This document shows positions 28,237 through 39,099 of a stretch of DNA of 64,000 nucleotides, one piece after another (position 1 is the stretch's first letter; the number at the start of each line of letters is the position of its first letter). Made by a program: the position numbers and the translations under genes. The DNA lies in IMG/VR virus record IMGVR_UViG_3300044633_003049, positions 62,001-126,000 of that record. One strand, written 5' to 3'. The notes beneath the pieces are model-generated. The model saw only the letters and a list, made by a program, of their open reading frames with translations. It did no database searches and was not told where the DNA came from.

Positions 28237-28944
28237 TTATTTTATCCATAATTGAACATGTGAAAGATAATGTGCTTCATCTGCTTGTGCCTGATCTGCT
28301 CCACATACATGTCTTGCTGTAAATGATGTTGATGTGTGGTCATAATATCCACTATCAAATATCACATATCCATCATTTCCATAAGTACCATTTCCCCAAG
28401 GTCTATAAGTGTATGTTTTTGGATTACTCCAAGTTGCGGACGCCCCTGATTGTAAAACTGATGTTGATGGTGCGGCATTATAAATTTTTGTAAATCTCCA
28501 AAATTCAGTTTCTGTTCCTGATGAATTCATTAAATATAAATTACTTGTTTCGGTATCCAATGAGTCCACTAAATGCCAAAATACCATATAACGAACTTGT
28601 GTATGTGTTGGAATTGAACTCAATGTTAATGTATATGTTGCAGGACCTGTCGACCAACCATGTGCGGTGACATGTCCTAATTCGCCAAAGTTTAACATTG
28701 AGAATGTTGTACTATTATTCCAATTTCCTGTATATAAATTCGCATCTCTACCTTCGTAATAATGTAAATAACTTTCCGTTCTAGCATAAGGATTTAACCA
28801 ATTATTAATATAAACTTCAGGTCTACCTAAAGTAGTATTATATCTAACATATCCATTAGACGGAGATGGTCTTTCAGCTGTACTACCTGTTGGTAATCCA
28901 ATAAATCCAGTGTCGTTAATTGTTAAATTTTTTAAACTTGCCAT
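28237..28944 (-). CDS. Fibre tip/adhesin with shared anchor and unknown beta-rich head
   Basis: MASLKNLTINDTGFIGLPTGSTAERP..GYVRYN anchor. Confidence 0.65.
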   Translation of the reverse strand: MASLKNLTINDTGFIGLPTGSTAERPSPSNGYVRYNTTLGRPEVYINNWLNPYARTESYLHYYEGRDANLYTGNWNNSTTFSMLNFGELGHVTAHGWSTGPATYTLTLSSIPTHTQVRYMVFWHLVDSLDTETSNLYLMNSSGTETEFWRFTKIYNAAPSTSVLQSGASATWSNPKTYTYRPWGNGTYGNDGYVIFDSGYYDHTSTSFTARHVCGADQAQADEAHYLSHVQLWIK

Positions 28945-28949
28945 TATAT

Positions 28950-29813
28950 TTAAATATTAAATCTATTTCTTTGCGCGTTATAATTTTGTAAAACTTGAGC
29001 TCCACTTAATCCTATACTATATATTCTTGCAATTGCAATTTGTCCTTGAAAATTATGCAACCCATCTGTCAATCCACTTCCATATGTTCCAACTACATAT
29101 GTGGCGGCGGCAATTGTCCCTGTCTGTGCCGCAGACCATACTTCGGTACCATTCACATATGCTTTACTCGTTGAACCATCCCATGTACCTACAATGTGTG
29201 ACCAAACATTATTGGGGATATTACCAACTGCACTATATGGTCTACTACTATCGGTAGTATTTGCCCAATGTAAAGAGTGTGTACTACCACCATCTGCGGA
29301 ATTAAATATACCTAAATATGTCGTATTTGTTGCAGAAACCACACCACCTCTCACAGTTCCCGTACTTACTGTTCTTGTTGGTTTAATCCAACCTTCCATA
29401 GTTATTTGTGTTGTTGGTAATGTATTTAATGTAGAAATTCTAATATAATCATTAGTTCCGTCAAATGAAACGGTACCTCCCGAACCATCAGCTGGTGTAT
29501 ATGTTGGACTGTTTACAAATATCCCATGTGCACATTGTGAACTAACATCATACCACACATTACCACCGCGATAACTCGTTGGTTTACCACTATCTAAATG
29601 AAGTAATAAGTTTGATGTTACAATACCACCTTCCGCAATTCTACCGGTTGTTTGATCTATCCAATAACTACCGTTGTAATATTCAACTAAACCCATAGTT
29701 GTATTAAATCTAACATATCCAGTCAATGGTGACACAGGTCTTTGTGCTGTTGTTCCCGATGGTAATTGTATATAACCAGTGTCGTTTATGGTAAGATTTG
29801 TAAGATTTGACAT
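28950..29813 (-). CDS. Fibre tip/adhesin: anchor + LamG domain
   Basis: LPSGTTAQRP..GYVRFN anchor; LLLHLD, FDGTNDY, WSHIVGTWDG, YVNG, QNYNAQRNRF. Confidence 0.75.
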   Translation of the reverse strand: MSNLTNLTINDTGYIQLPSGTTAQRPVSPLTGYVRFNTTMGLVEYYNGSYWIDQTTGRIAEGGIVTSNLLLHLDSGKPTSYRGGNVWYDVSSQCAHGIFVNSPTYTPADGSGGTVSFDGTNDYIRISTLNTLPTTQITMEGWIKPTRTVSTGTVRGGVVSATNTTYLGIFNSADGGSTHSLHWANTTDSSRPYSAVGNIPNNVWSHIVGTWDGSTSKAYVNGTEVWSAAQTGTIAAATYVVGTYGSGLTDGLHNFQGQIAIARIYSIGLSGAQVLQNYNAQRNRFNI

Positions 29814-29815
29814 TA

Positions 29816-30082
29816 TTAAGGTTTTGGATTGTTTTCTTTAACCTCTTTTATTTTATTAAACCATTCACCATTACTTGTTAAACTTCCACTCACATTTAAT
29901 TCATGCCACAACATATCTAATTGATTACCTAATGATGGGTATATTTGTTGTCTATCTCTTTGATATTGTGTTGAGTAATGTTCTGCTAAACCAACATAGA
30001 AACCATATCTTTGGTCTTCTGTAAGTGGTGTTCCATCAACTGGACTTAATAATGGTTCTCCTTTATCTAATTCGTGTATCAT
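29816..30082 (-). CDS. Tail fibre assembly chaperone-like protein
   Basis: Y...R...YPS...QLD.LWH...W...I..VK...PKP pattern common beside phage fibre genes. Confidence 0.55.
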   Translation of the reverse strand: MIHELDKGEPLLSPVDGTPLTEDQRYGFYVGLAEHYSTQYQRDRQQIYPSLGNQLDMLWHELNVSGSLTSNGEWFNKIKEVKENNPKP

Positions 30083-30091
30083 ATTATATAA

Positions 30092-30532
30092 TTATTTTAC
30101 TCTTGTTAATATTGACGATTCATATCCCGATGAATTTAATATTCTTATATTAAAATAAACAGTTAATCCATTTTGTCCTGATGTATTGGTAAATCTTAAC
30201 CAATTTCTATCAACATTACCTTCTTGATAATGAGAAACTGAATAATCTCCCCACGATAAAATTGGTGTGTGTTGTAATCCATATCTTGATACATCAAACT
30301 CAAATATTCCATATCTCCATGTTCCCGTTGTAAAATTAAAAAAATTACAAAGTCCAATTGTTCTTGCGTATCCACTAACATTACATATTAAATCAACGGA
30401 AGAACCATTATTAATCGCCGCCGTTCCTGTCCATTCATTCATTGCCCCATATGTATTACTCATTAACATTTTTGGTGATGTTATTGAAGTTGCAGTTAAT
30501 TCAGAAGATGTTGTTGCTATTAAATTTGCCAT
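30092..30532 (-). CDS. Small beta-rich fibre-tip paralog
   Basis: MANL start; VDL, F..SRYGL, WLRFTN, SSILTRV shared with the next two genes. Confidence 0.6.
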   Translation of the reverse strand: MANLIATTSSELTATSITSPKMLMSNTYGAMNEWTGTAAINNGSSVDLICNVSGYARTIGLCNFFNFTTGTWRYGIFEFDVSRYGLQHTPILSWGDYSVSHYQEGNVDRNWLRFTNTSGQNGLTVYFNIRILNSSGYESSILTRVK

Positions 30533-30999
30533 TATCTTACTCGTTGTGTTAAATATGATGATGTGAAATCACCGGGTCCTTGTACATTTAATACAAAGAG
30601 ATATGTACCATTACCCCATTCAGAACCTATCGTATTGTAGAATCTACAATAATTTGTCCCATATGATGGATTATGTCTAGCGGCAGACCACGTACCTGTA
30701 CTTGTTAATGTTTGTATATTAAAACCATATTCAGATAATTGCCAATAAAAACTACCACAATGTATTTGAGATTGATAGCAAACCCAACTACAAAACCCAT
30801 ACATACGATTATGAACTCCCGTATTACCAAATAGGTCAACATAATTTGTTGCACTATTAACCGTTGTTGGGATAAAGACTGTTCCACTATACTCCCTCAT
30901 CATATGATTATAACTTGTATTATTTAATATACGTGGTGATGTGAAACTCGTAGATGTGGTTAAAATACCATTTACTGTTGTATTTTGTAAAGTTGCCAT
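30532..30999 (-). CDS. Small beta-rich fibre-tip paralog
   Basis: MATLQN start; VDL, LSEYGF, YCRFYN, WGN, SSYLTQRV. Confidence 0.6.
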   Translation of the reverse strand: MATLQNTTVNGILTTSTSFTSPRILNNTSYNHMMREYSGTVFIPTTVNSATNYVDLFGNTGVHNRMYGFCSWVCYQSQIHCGSFYWQLSEYGFNIQTLTSTGTWSAARHNPSYGTNYCRFYNTIGSEWGNGTYLFVLNVQGPGDFTSSYLTQRVR

Positions 31000-31469
31000 T
31001 ATACGTATCTTGTTAAAATTGGTGACGTTATTGCGTTAGCATTTGGAGCAAATAATGTTATATTAACTAAACATGTGGCATTTCCCCACGATACGTTATA
31101 TTGATTTGTAAATCTTAACCAACTTTTACTACCATCACTTGGGTCTTGGTAATATGAGAATGTTATTAGTTGGTCGTTAGTTGGTCCTGATGTAATTTGT
31201 AAACCATATTGTGATAATGCAAACCAAACATTTTGAGTACCGTTATAACTTTGATATGATAAAAAACTAATATAACCTGTTACCCATTGCCAATTACTAT
31301 TATTACAAAGAACATCTGTATATGGTGTGGCGGTATAATATGGTGATATTACAGAAACATTTCCACCCCATTGTTGTAAAGCCATTGGATTAGAACAAAT
31401 TGTACTACTTGCATTTGACGTAGATGTTGCATTGTATGTTGTTGCAGTTGTACCTATTAATGTCGCCAT
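30999..31469 (-). CDS. Small beta-rich fibre-tip paralog
   Basis: MATL start; LSQYGL, WLRFTN, WGN, SPILTRYV. Confidence 0.6.
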   Translation of the reverse strand: MATLIGTTATTYNATSTSNASSTICSNPMALQQWGGNVSVISPYYTATPYTDVLCNNSNWQWVTGYISFLSYQSYNGTQNVWFALSQYGLQITSGPTNDQLITFSYYQDPSDGSKSWLRFTNQYNVSWGNATCLVNITLFAPNANAITSPILTRYV

Positions 31470-34400
31470 TATTTATTTGATTTAAGTTCTTCAATTTCTT
31501 TCTTTAAATCTTTTATTGCTTCAATCAAATATGAAACTACTCTACCGTAAGAAACGGAATCAGGTAATCCTTCTTCATTTTTATTTACCAATTCAGGTGC
31601 AATTTCATTTAACTCTTCCGCTATTAAACCAATCTCTTTAACACCTGTATCTTTTTTAATGTATGAAACACCTCTCATTTTAAGAACATTATCTAAACCA
31701 TATTTTAAAGTTTCAATGTTATCCTTATATCTTACTGATGAGTTTTCTGTTAATGTTCCACCTACTGTTAAGTTACCGGTTGTTGATACTGCACCTGTTA
31801 CCGTTAATGTTGAACCATCAAATGTTAAATTCGCTTCCGCATTTAACGTAACACCACCGACACTTGTCATTACTCTATTATCTACCGCATTTGTGATTGT
31901 TGTTGTACCACTAGAACCTGATGAACCGTTGGTTCCATTACTACCACTTGTTCCTGAACTACCGTTCGTTCCGTTAGAACCCGAAGTACCATTCGTTCCA
32001 TTAGAACCTGATGAACCTGAACTACCATTAGTTCCATTAGAACCTGAACTACCATTTGTACCGTTACTACCACTAGTTCCTGAAGAACCATTTGTACCGT
32101 TAGAACCTGAAGTTCCTGATGTTGCCGCAGTATATGATGTTCCGTTAATATTTAAACTTGTTACACTTAATGAACCTGTAACTTCTGTATTTGTACTAAT
32201 TTTAACAGTTGTACCGTCATCTGAAATATTACTATCACCAAGATGTTCTTGACCTAATGATTTTAATACTCTATTAGTTGTTGGTAAAATCTCATTTCCT
32301 AAACTATTGTAAGTTTGAGCACCTACCATAACTACCGAAGACGTTACGGTTGATTGATTTGTGTGAACATAAACAAACTGATTGTTTAATGAGTCAAATA
32401 AGAATGAACCTGAAACTAATGGTGATGAACCACTATCTAACACTGACAAACCAGCAAATCTTACACCAGGAGATGAAGCGTTAACCGTAATGACATTGTC
32501 ATTTACTCTTAGTTGAGACGCTGTCACATAAATTATTGATGATGACCCTAAAACATTTAAGTTTTGTGTAATTGTTAATGAACCAGTAATTGTTGTGTTT
32601 GAATTAATATTAACTAATGAAGCATTATCGGTTATGTTTGAATTAACCATACTGTTAGACGAGAACTTACCCAAAACATTGTCAGTACCAGAAACTGTAA
32701 CTGAAGTTCCTGAAGAACCATTTGTTCCGTTAGAACCTGAACTACCATTTGTTCCGTTAGAACCACTTGAACCTGAACTACCGTTTGTTCCATTACTACC
32801 TGATGTACCATTTGTTCCATTACTACCTGATGTACCATTTGTTCCATTACTACCTGATGTACCATTTGTTCCACTAGTTCCGTTTGTGCCGTTAGACCCT
32901 GATGATCCGTTACTTCCACTTGTCCCCGAAGAACCGTTGGTTCCATTAGAACCTGATGTTCCTGATGTCATTGAACTAAATGTTGTACCATTAACAGTAA
33001 TTCCGTTTGTGAAATTTGCTGAACCTGATACTATAATATCATCAGCAAAAACAACACTATTACCACCTGAACTTAATATTTTAAATCCGTCTTGAACTAT
33101 AACATTTCCTCTAATGTCAACCGAACCTGTCGTTGGGTCAATTAATATATTACCTCCGCCAGATGATTTCAATTGGATATCTCCATCCGCTGTTTGAAAT
33201 GTAATTGTATCTGTACCTTGTTCTAAAATTTTAATTGATTGACCGTTGTCGGTTGTAATCTGTAATTCTTGATTTGTCGAACCTAATACTTTTTGTCCGT
33301 CAATGTATAAAGATGCACTTGATAAGTATAAGTGTCTAAACGGATTCGTTACCGTACCTAAATCATATGACCCACTACCAAAAGGTATTAATGATCCACT
33401 AAATGTTTGGTCTCCTTTAAATGTGTTTGATCCTGTAGTTGCTAAACCTGATGTACTTGATCCACCTGTGAGTGGTGTTCCATTAACTAATAGACTACCT
33501 GAAATATAAACGTTATTAAATTGTTTTAATGAACTACCTAAATTATATAGACCATTTGCTGATGGTGTTATTGTCCCAACAGCAGATAAATCTTGAGCAC
33601 CTTCTACTTGATGTCCACCTCTAACTATATGAACTTCACCCGCTTGTGCAATTGGGAATGTTATTTGTAAATTGTTTGAATCTATTGATGTTATCTCACT
33701 TGGGATTATAACTTTTCTATTACTATCCCAAACTGTTACACCTGGATAATCAATGTCTAAATTGTGAGCAACAGACCATGTTGTTGCCGATGTGTATGTT
33801 TCTGTATAACCACCAATACCACTAGCACCTGTTGCACCGACACCACCTAATGTGGCAATCACTGTACCTGTTTGTGCAATTGAAAAATATACTTCAATAT
33901 TATTAGAATCTATCGCTCTAATTCCTGTTGGTATAACAACATAACCATCACTATCAAATACTGTAATTGATGGGTATCTTTCATTCATACCATGATTTAA
34001 TGACCATGTGGTTGCCGCAACTGTAACTGTTGTCTTCATTGTTGAACCTGAAACAATAAATGGATTTTCAACATATGAGGCGGTTAAGGCGTATGTTGCA
34101 AATGATGATGTTCCTGCAAATGTAGATGTATTTGAACCTGTATATGTGTTAAATGCCGTTTCGTCTAACTTACCTGTACCCACAACTGCACCATTAACAT
34201 ATAATGATCCAGTAATCTTTACTGATCCAGTAAAATTGTGATTATCGTCAAATGTATTACCAAATGCGGTAGAACCTGATTCATACAATACCGAAGATGT
34301 AACTAATGCTGTGTGAATTTCTTTTGCTGTAAGTGTTCCTGTAATTGTTAAATCACCATTTACTTTTGCGTTATTTGTGGTTTCCCAAACTGAACCTGTT

Positions 34401-35305
34401 AAAGCAAATAAACTATCTCCTGATGTTCCTGATGAACCGTTGGTTCCGTTAGACCCACTAGTTCCAGAACTACCGTTTGTTCCATTACTACCACTAGTTC
34501 CTGAAGACCCGTCTGTTCCATTAGAACCTGATGAACCGTTAGTTCCGTTAGAACCTGAAGAACCATTCGTTCCGTTAGAGCCTGAAGTTCCTGATGAACC
34601 GTTGGTTCCATTTGACCCTGATGTTCCAGAAGATCCTGATGAACCATTTGTACCATTACTACCACTAGTTCCTGAAGAACCGTTGGTTCCGTTACTTCCT
34701 GATGTACCACTTGTAGTTGAGGTATATTCAGTTCCGTTTATATTAAATGAACCTGTTAAATTAATTGAACCTGATAGAACTAAATTATTATTCTCATCAA
34801 GTAACATTTGTCTGTTACCATTTCTACTGAAAACTAAACCATCAACATCGGTTGTTGCACCTCTTGCAGCACCTATCGTCCAATTCTCACCGCTCCAATT
34901 AAAACGAATACCTGCAGCAACTCTATCTGGAGTGTTGAAACTTGCAGGATTGTAAACTGAACTATCAGGTACGAATGCTTGAACATTTGCAACAGGGTCA
35001 GAACCCGAAACGACTAATGATGTTAATGATGTGTTACCTAAAACTTTTAAAGAACCTGTAACATTTAATGAACCCGTAATATTTTCTGTTCCAAGTAAAT
35101 TGAAACTTCCACTTAGATTTAATGAACCTGTGTTTTGAGTATTTGTAGTTAAAACTTCCTCTATTGAGGCTGATAATGATCCTGATTTGGCAAAATATAA
35201 TTTACCATCGGTTGTGTTTATTGCTAATTCTCCTAATTGTAATTGGGAATTGGTAGGCCTATTCCCACCAGTGGAACTTCTACGTAGTTTTACTATTTGA
35301 CTCAT
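31469..35305 (-). CDS. Long tail fibre with Gly-X-Y repeats and C-terminal intramolecular chaperone (peptidase S74)
   Basis: N-terminal KLRRS...GELAINTTDGKLY; three GSNGTNGSS repeat blocks; C-terminal SS.RYKDNI...GLIAEE...L.EAIKDL..EI. Confidence 0.85.
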   Translation of the reverse strand: MSQIVKLRRSSTGGNRPTNSQLQLGELAINTTDGKLYFAKSGSLSASIEEVLTTNTQNTGSLNLSGSFNLLGTENITGSLNVTGSLKVLGNTSLTSLVVSGSDPVANVQAFVPDSSVYNPASFNTPDRVAAGIRFNWSGENWTIGAARGATTDVDGLVFSRNGNRQMLLDENNNLVLSGSINLTGSFNINGTEYTSTTSGTSGSNGTNGSSGTSGSNGTNGSSGSSGTSGSNGTNGSSGTSGSNGTNGSSGSNGTNGSSGSNGTDGSSGTSGSNGTNGSSGTSGSNGTNGSSGTSGDSLFALTGSVWETTNNAKVNGDLTITGTLTAKEIHTALVTSSVLYESGSTAFGNTFDDNHNFTGSVKITGSLYVNGAVVGTGKLDETAFNTYTGSNTSTFAGTSSFATYALTASYVENPFIVSGSTMKTTVTVAATTWSLNHGMNERYPSITVFDSDGYVVIPTGIRAIDSNNIEVYFSIAQTGTVIATLGGVGATGASGIGGYTETYTSATTWSVAHNLDIDYPGVTVWDSNRKVIIPSEITSIDSNNLQITFPIAQAGEVHIVRGGHQVEGAQDLSAVGTITPSANGLYNLGSSLKQFNNVYISGSLLVNGTPLTGGSSTSGLATTGSNTFKGDQTFSGSLIPFGSGSYDLGTVTNPFRHLYLSSASLYIDGQKVLGSTNQELQITTDNGQSIKILEQGTDTITFQTADGDIQLKSSGGGNILIDPTTGSVDIRGNVIVQDGFKILSSGGNSVVFADDIIVSGSANFTNGITVNGTTFSSMTSGTSGSNGTNGSSGTSGSNGSSGSNGTNGTSGTNGTSGSNGTNGTSGSNGTNGTSGSNGTNGSSGSSGSNGTNGSSGSNGTNGSSGTSVTVSGTDNVLGKFSSNSMVNSNITDNASLVNINSNTTITGSLTITQNLNVLGSSSIIYVTASQLRVNDNVITVNASSPGVRFAGLSVLDSGSSPLVSGSFLFDSLNNQFVYVHTNQSTVTSSVVMVGAQTYNSLGNEILPTTNRVLKSLGQEHLGDSNISDDGTTVKISTNTEVTGSLSVTSLNINGTSYTAATSGTSGSNGTNGSSGTSGSNGTNGSSGSNGTNGSSGSSGSNGTNGTSGSNGTNGSSGTSGSNGTNGSSGSSGTTTITNAVDNRVMTSVGGVTLNAEANLTFDGSTLTVTGAVSTTGNLTVGGTLTENSSVRYKDNIETLKYGLDNVLKMRGVSYIKKDTGVKEIGLIAEELNEIAPELVNKNEEGLPDSVSYGRVVSYLIEAIKDLKKEIEELKSNK
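31905..32120 (-). repeat. Gly-X-Y coding repeat (GTS/GSN/GTN/GSS)
   Basis: 9-nt periodic degenerate repeat; coordinates approximate. Confidence 0.9.
32700..32968 (-). repeat. Gly-X-Y coding repeat
   Basis: 9-nt periodic degenerate repeat; coordinates approximate. Confidence 0.9.
34418..34712 (-). repeat. Gly-X-Y coding repeat
   Basis: 9-nt periodic degenerate repeat; coordinates approximate. Confidence 0.9.
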
Positions 35306-35326
35306 ATATATGTGTTCTAAATCCTT

Positions 35327-35361
35327 GTGATATATATCACGGTTAACGACCTATGTAGGTC
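35327..35361. promoter_or_regulatory. Three adjacent palindromes in the leader of the fibre gene
   Basis: GTGATATATATCAC (35327-35340), GTTAAC (35342-35347), GACCTA-TG-TAGGTC (35348-35361). Confidence 0.45.
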
Positions 35362-35365
35362 TTAT

Positions 35366-35373
35366 TATAAATA
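35366..35373 (-). promoter_or_regulatory. TATTTATA putative phage promoter
   Basis: Recurrent motif upstream of starts; here directly after a terminator. Confidence 0.55.
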
Positions 35374-35385
35374 CATTTAATAAAT

Positions 35386-35414
35386 AAAAAAGGAGACTTT
35401 TTTACGGTCTCCTT
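35386..35414 (-). terminator. Intrinsic terminator
   Basis: AAGGAGAC-9nt-GTCTCCTT stem followed by a T-run on the minus strand. Confidence 0.8.
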
Positions 35415-35432
35415 GAATGTTTTTATTTATTG

Positions 35433-37373
35433 TTAATATTTTGCGGCTATTGAGTTAACTCTATTGTTCATTATGGTATTACCATTTGTTGTTGCTGACC
35501 AAGTTAAACCGTCGGTTGATGTTGCCAATTGATTTGGTCCTCCTACACCGCCCGCAACCCATTTAGTACCGGCCCAAGTTACACTTAACGCCGAGAATGA
35601 GAATATTGTGTTTCCGTTTGTAGATCCCGACCATGTTATACCATCAGATGAATATGCCAATGCGTTTGTACCTTGTCCTGCGGCAACCCATTGTGAACCA
35701 TTATATGATATACCATAACCAGTACCTGAGATTCTGCTATTTCCACTTGTTGAACCTGTCCATGTTATGCCGTCTGATGAATATGCGATTCTATTTGCAC
35801 CTGTACCAACTGCAACCCATTTATCACCACCCCAAACTACATTATTACATGATCCTGTAAATATTGTACCACTGTTTGCGGATGCCGTCCAAGATATACC
35901 ATCATCTGAATATGCTATTGTTGTTCTATTTCCAGTACCACCAGCAGGTGATGAACCTACCGCAACCCATCTACTTCCATTATATGCCACAGTATTTGGT
36001 ACACTACCAATTACATTCGAATTTGATGCCGCTGTCCAAGTTATACCATCTGTTGAATATGCAAATTTGGCGGCGCCTGATGAAATACCGACCGCAACCC
36101 ATTTATCTCCTCCATATCCTATACCTCTAACATTTGTTGTAAACATGGATGAACCATTTGTTGATCCCGACCATGTATTTCCATCAGAAGACCAAAGTAA
36201 AGCATTTGAATTACCTCCACCTGCAGTTCCTCCTGCAACAAATATATTTCCATCAGTTGCAACGGCAAGTGCCGGTTGGGTTATAAATGTGGCACCATTA
36301 GATGAATTTGTCCAATTATCACCACCATCATATGAATAACTTAATACGTTTACAGCACCCGCAGCAACAATTACATTAGTCGTCATTGATGTTGCTGTCG
36401 GTGTTATTGTTGGTGTTGGTGTATTGGTAGGTGTGTTAGTTGGTGTGATACTTGGTGTTACCGTATTTGTTGGTGTATTTGTTGGAGTAGGAGTAGGAGT
36501 TTCGGTATTCGTAGGAGTTGGTGTTAATACTTCAGTTTCTGTAGGAGTAGGAGTAGGAGTTTCGGTATTCGTAGGAGTTGGGGTTGGAGTTATATAAGTA
36601 CTCTCACAATCATTACATCCACCAGTTCCAAATGATGTGGTAAACGCGTCGTCTATCGGAGCATTTATCTTACCAATGACTGAATAACACCCACTTGGTG
36701 TTGCTCCTGTGAATGTGTAATAGTTTACATCTCCAAGAACTATAAATCCTGGTCCTAAATCGACAACTAAAACATTTAGATTAGTACATCCTGAAATTGT
36801 GTATGTAGTTATTGAACTCGAATCAGTTGGAGTTGGAGTTGGTGTATTCGTAGGTGTTTCTGTTGGAGTATTAGTTGGTGTTGGTGTTGTAGTATTGGTA
36901 GGTGTTGGTGTAGGTGTATCAGGAATTATTTCACTAGATGTTGGAGTTGGTGTGACTGTTGCAGTTGGTGTAATAGTTGGTGTTGGGGTTGGAGGTGGTG
37001 CACCTTCACCATATGATGTGAAATGACCATTATCATTTAACCAAGTTTTAGCATCAGTTGCATTTGTAAATGGTTCTAAACCATCTGTTATTGGTAAAAC
37101 GTTTAATAACTCTAATAAAGATTGTTCTGTTAAATCTGTTGATCTCCAGAAATTAATATATGAATCCTCATCTGTCGGTGTTGGATGATTTCCCGTTGGT
37201 ACTTGGTTGGCAATAACATAACCTAACTCTTCATCAGGTCCCATCCACCATTTAACCCCACCTGGATTTTGTGAATAATCTTGTTCTGAAACACCTATTG
37301 CGATGTTTCCAATTTGTGTTGTTCCATCTATGGTGGATCCTGTGTTGTATGCGAAGGGTCTTGTTGTTGCCAT
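35433..37373 (-). CDS. Pro/Thr mucin-like stalk protein with C-terminal Asp-box beta-propeller
   Basis: TPTPT repeat tracts; repeated YSxDGxTW Asp-boxes and KWVAVG blades. Confidence 0.75.
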   Translation of the reverse strand: MATTRPFAYNTGSTIDGTTQIGNIAIGVSEQDYSQNPGGVKWWMGPDEELGYVIANQVPTGNHPTPTDEDSYINFWRSTDLTEQSLLELLNVLPITDGLEPFTNATDAKTWLNDNGHFTSYGEGAPPPTPTPTITPTATVTPTPTSSEIIPDTPTPTPTNTTTPTPTNTPTETPTNTPTPTPTDSSSITTYTISGCTNLNVLVVDLGPGFIVLGDVNYYTFTGATPSGCYSVIGKINAPIDDAFTTSFGTGGCNDCESTYITPTPTPTNTETPTPTPTETEVLTPTPTNTETPTPTPTNTPTNTVTPSITPTNTPTNTPTPTITPTATSMTTNVIVAAGAVNVLSYSYDGGDNWTNSSNGATFITQPALAVATDGNIFVAGGTAGGGNSNALLWSSDGNTWSGSTNGSSMFTTNVRGIGYGGDKWVAVGISSGAAKFAYSTDGITWTAASNSNVIGSVPNTVAYNGSRWVAVGSSPAGGTGNRTTIAYSDDGISWTASANSGTIFTGSCNNVVWGGDKWVAVGTGANRIAYSSDGITWTGSTSGNSRISGTGYGISYNGSQWVAAGQGTNALAYSSDGITWSGSTNGNTIFSFSALSVTWAGTKWVAGGVGGPNQLATSTDGLTWSATTNGNTIMNNRVNSIAAKY

Positions 37374-37380
37374 TATGTTA

Positions 37381-37388
37381 TATAAATA
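37381..37388 (-). promoter_or_regulatory. TATTTATA putative phage promoter
   Basis: 7 nt upstream of ATG 37373. Confidence 0.55.
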
Positions 37389-37398
37389 CTTTTATTTT

Positions 37399-39093
37399 TT
37401 ATAATCCGTATTTTGTTTTATCCGAATTAAAGTTTTGTAAAACTTCAGTTGATGTTAATGCTCTATTATAAAATCTTATTATTCCATAACGACCAGCAAA
37501 ATAACCGGCAGTTGACGCATTATATGTTGTAGTATCTATTGCCCCAAAATGCATATACCATGAATTTGCAATTTGAACCCAAGGTGGATACCAATTTATT
37601 GTAGATGGGGTACCAGCAGTGCCGTTTATATAACCTGTTAATGTGGTACCACTATATGTTTTAACAACTTGAATCCAATTATTAAGATATGTTGCAGCAC
37701 CATTAACCACTCTTTGAACACCATTAGTTTGATTATATATATTAGAAATTATTGATTGAACTGGCCCGGTTTGAAATATTTGACCACCCGCATAATGATA
37801 ACCCGAATTTGGAGTTTGATCTCCCGTATCTGACCATAAACAATCATCAACCGCAGTTGGTCTTATCCATATTTCAAGTGTATGTGCAGTATTACCCGCG
37901 TTATATGAGTTTGGACTTGTGATATAATCATTTACACCATCAAATGTGAAATAACCACCAACACCTGAAGTATATGTTGGGCTATTACTTATCGTTGCAT
38001 TTCTATTATTACCCGATAAGTCATATAATGTAGTTCCACTTACGTAACTTGAAACATTACCTGGATCATAATAAAAATAAGAATTTGACACAGGTTGTAT
38101 TGCTGACGATGTTGTTACAGTAGGTGTTGGAGTAACAGTTGATGTGTTCGTTGGTGTAACGGTAGGTGTAGGAGTATTCGTAACCGTCGGCGTAGGTGTA
38201 ACGGTAGGTGTTGGAGTTGGTTCCACAAATCTTGGTGCCAAATAATTGTATTGTTCCGTTATTTCAGCAAGATTTAATTGTCTGTTGTAAAAATACATGT
38301 TGGCAACATGTCCCCAAGGTTGAGCAACAACATCATTATTACCCAATCCCCAATGTGTATTTCCACCCGAACCCTCATTGATTGTGCTTCCCACCTGTGA
38401 ACCATTTATGTAGAATTTTTGAGATGAGTTAGTTCCAACTACCGCAAATTGAACCCAAACACCATTTGAAGCTGAAACATCATACCCTGAACTTACGAAT
38501 CCTGTTGCCCAATATCCTAATGTGTTTGATGCATTAGGTATAGTAATTGGTGTGATTTTAGTAGATCCTTTTGTGTAAAGTAATGTTCTAAACGATGAAG
38601 GATTACTTGTCATCAATCTTGTCCAAGTAATATATGTGTACCCTGTTGTTGGTAACGTAGGTCCTGTTGCGTTGTAATCAACTCTATTATTCCCTGTCGT
38701 ACAATCAAAACATTTTATACCATTAAGAACTGTGTAAGTCGCACCAATTAATGTATGATTATATCCACTTGTTACATCGTAAACTGTTGTTCCTGTACCA
38801 GGATAACTTGAATTATTATATGCGTCTAATTGAATAACCAATCCATTTGTTATTATATTTGGAGTTGATGATGGTGTCGGTGTAACTGTATTGGTTGGCG
38901 TAACGGAACTCGTTGGTGTAACCGTAGGTGTTGGTGTAACTGTTGGTGTCGATGTTGTGGTATTCGTTGGTGTAACACTAGGAGTTGGTGTAATAGTATT
39001 TGTTGGTGTAACTGTAGGAGTTACACTTGGTGTAGGAGTTGGTGTTACATTTGAGTTTGGAACTATCTTAATTTTATTAAATAATATACCCAT
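37399..39093 (-). CDS. Pro/Thr mucin-like protein with two LamG domains
   Basis: TPTPSVTPT tracts alternate with LamG domains (LVIQLDA, YNRQL; DLSGNNRNA, FDGVNDY, FYNRALT). Confidence 0.8.
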   Translation of the reverse strand: MGILFNKIKIVPNSNVTPTPTPSVTPTVTPTNTITPTPSVTPTNTTTSTPTVTPTPTVTPTSSVTPTNTVTPTPSSTPNIITNGLVIQLDAYNNSSYPGTGTTVYDVTSGYNHTLIGATYTVLNGIKCFDCTTGNNRVDYNATGPTLPTTGYTYITWTRLMTSNPSSFRTLLYTKGSTKITPITIPNASNTLGYWATGFVSSGYDVSASNGVWVQFAVVGTNSSQKFYINGSQVGSTINEGSGGNTHWGLGNNDVVAQPWGHVANMYFYNRQLNLAEITEQYNYLAPRFVEPTPTPTVTPTPTVTNTPTPTVTPTNTSTVTPTPTVTTSSAIQPVSNSYFYYDPGNVSSYVSGTTLYDLSGNNRNATISNSPTYTSGVGGYFTFDGVNDYITSPNSYNAGNTAHTLEIWIRPTAVDDCLWSDTGDQTPNSGYHYAGGQIFQTGPVQSIISNIYNQTNGVQRVVNGAATYLNNWIQVVKTYSGTTLTGYINGTAGTPSTINWYPPWVQIANSWYMHFGAIDTTTYNASTAGYFAGRYGIIRFYNRALTSTEVLQNFNSDKTKYGL

Positions 39094-39099
39094 ATAAAC

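Noticed and set aside
26569-31469. Diversity-generating retroelement or invertase shufflon acting on tip genes
   Set aside because: No reverse transcriptase, recombinase, adenine-variant repeat pair or inverted crossover sites seen in this window
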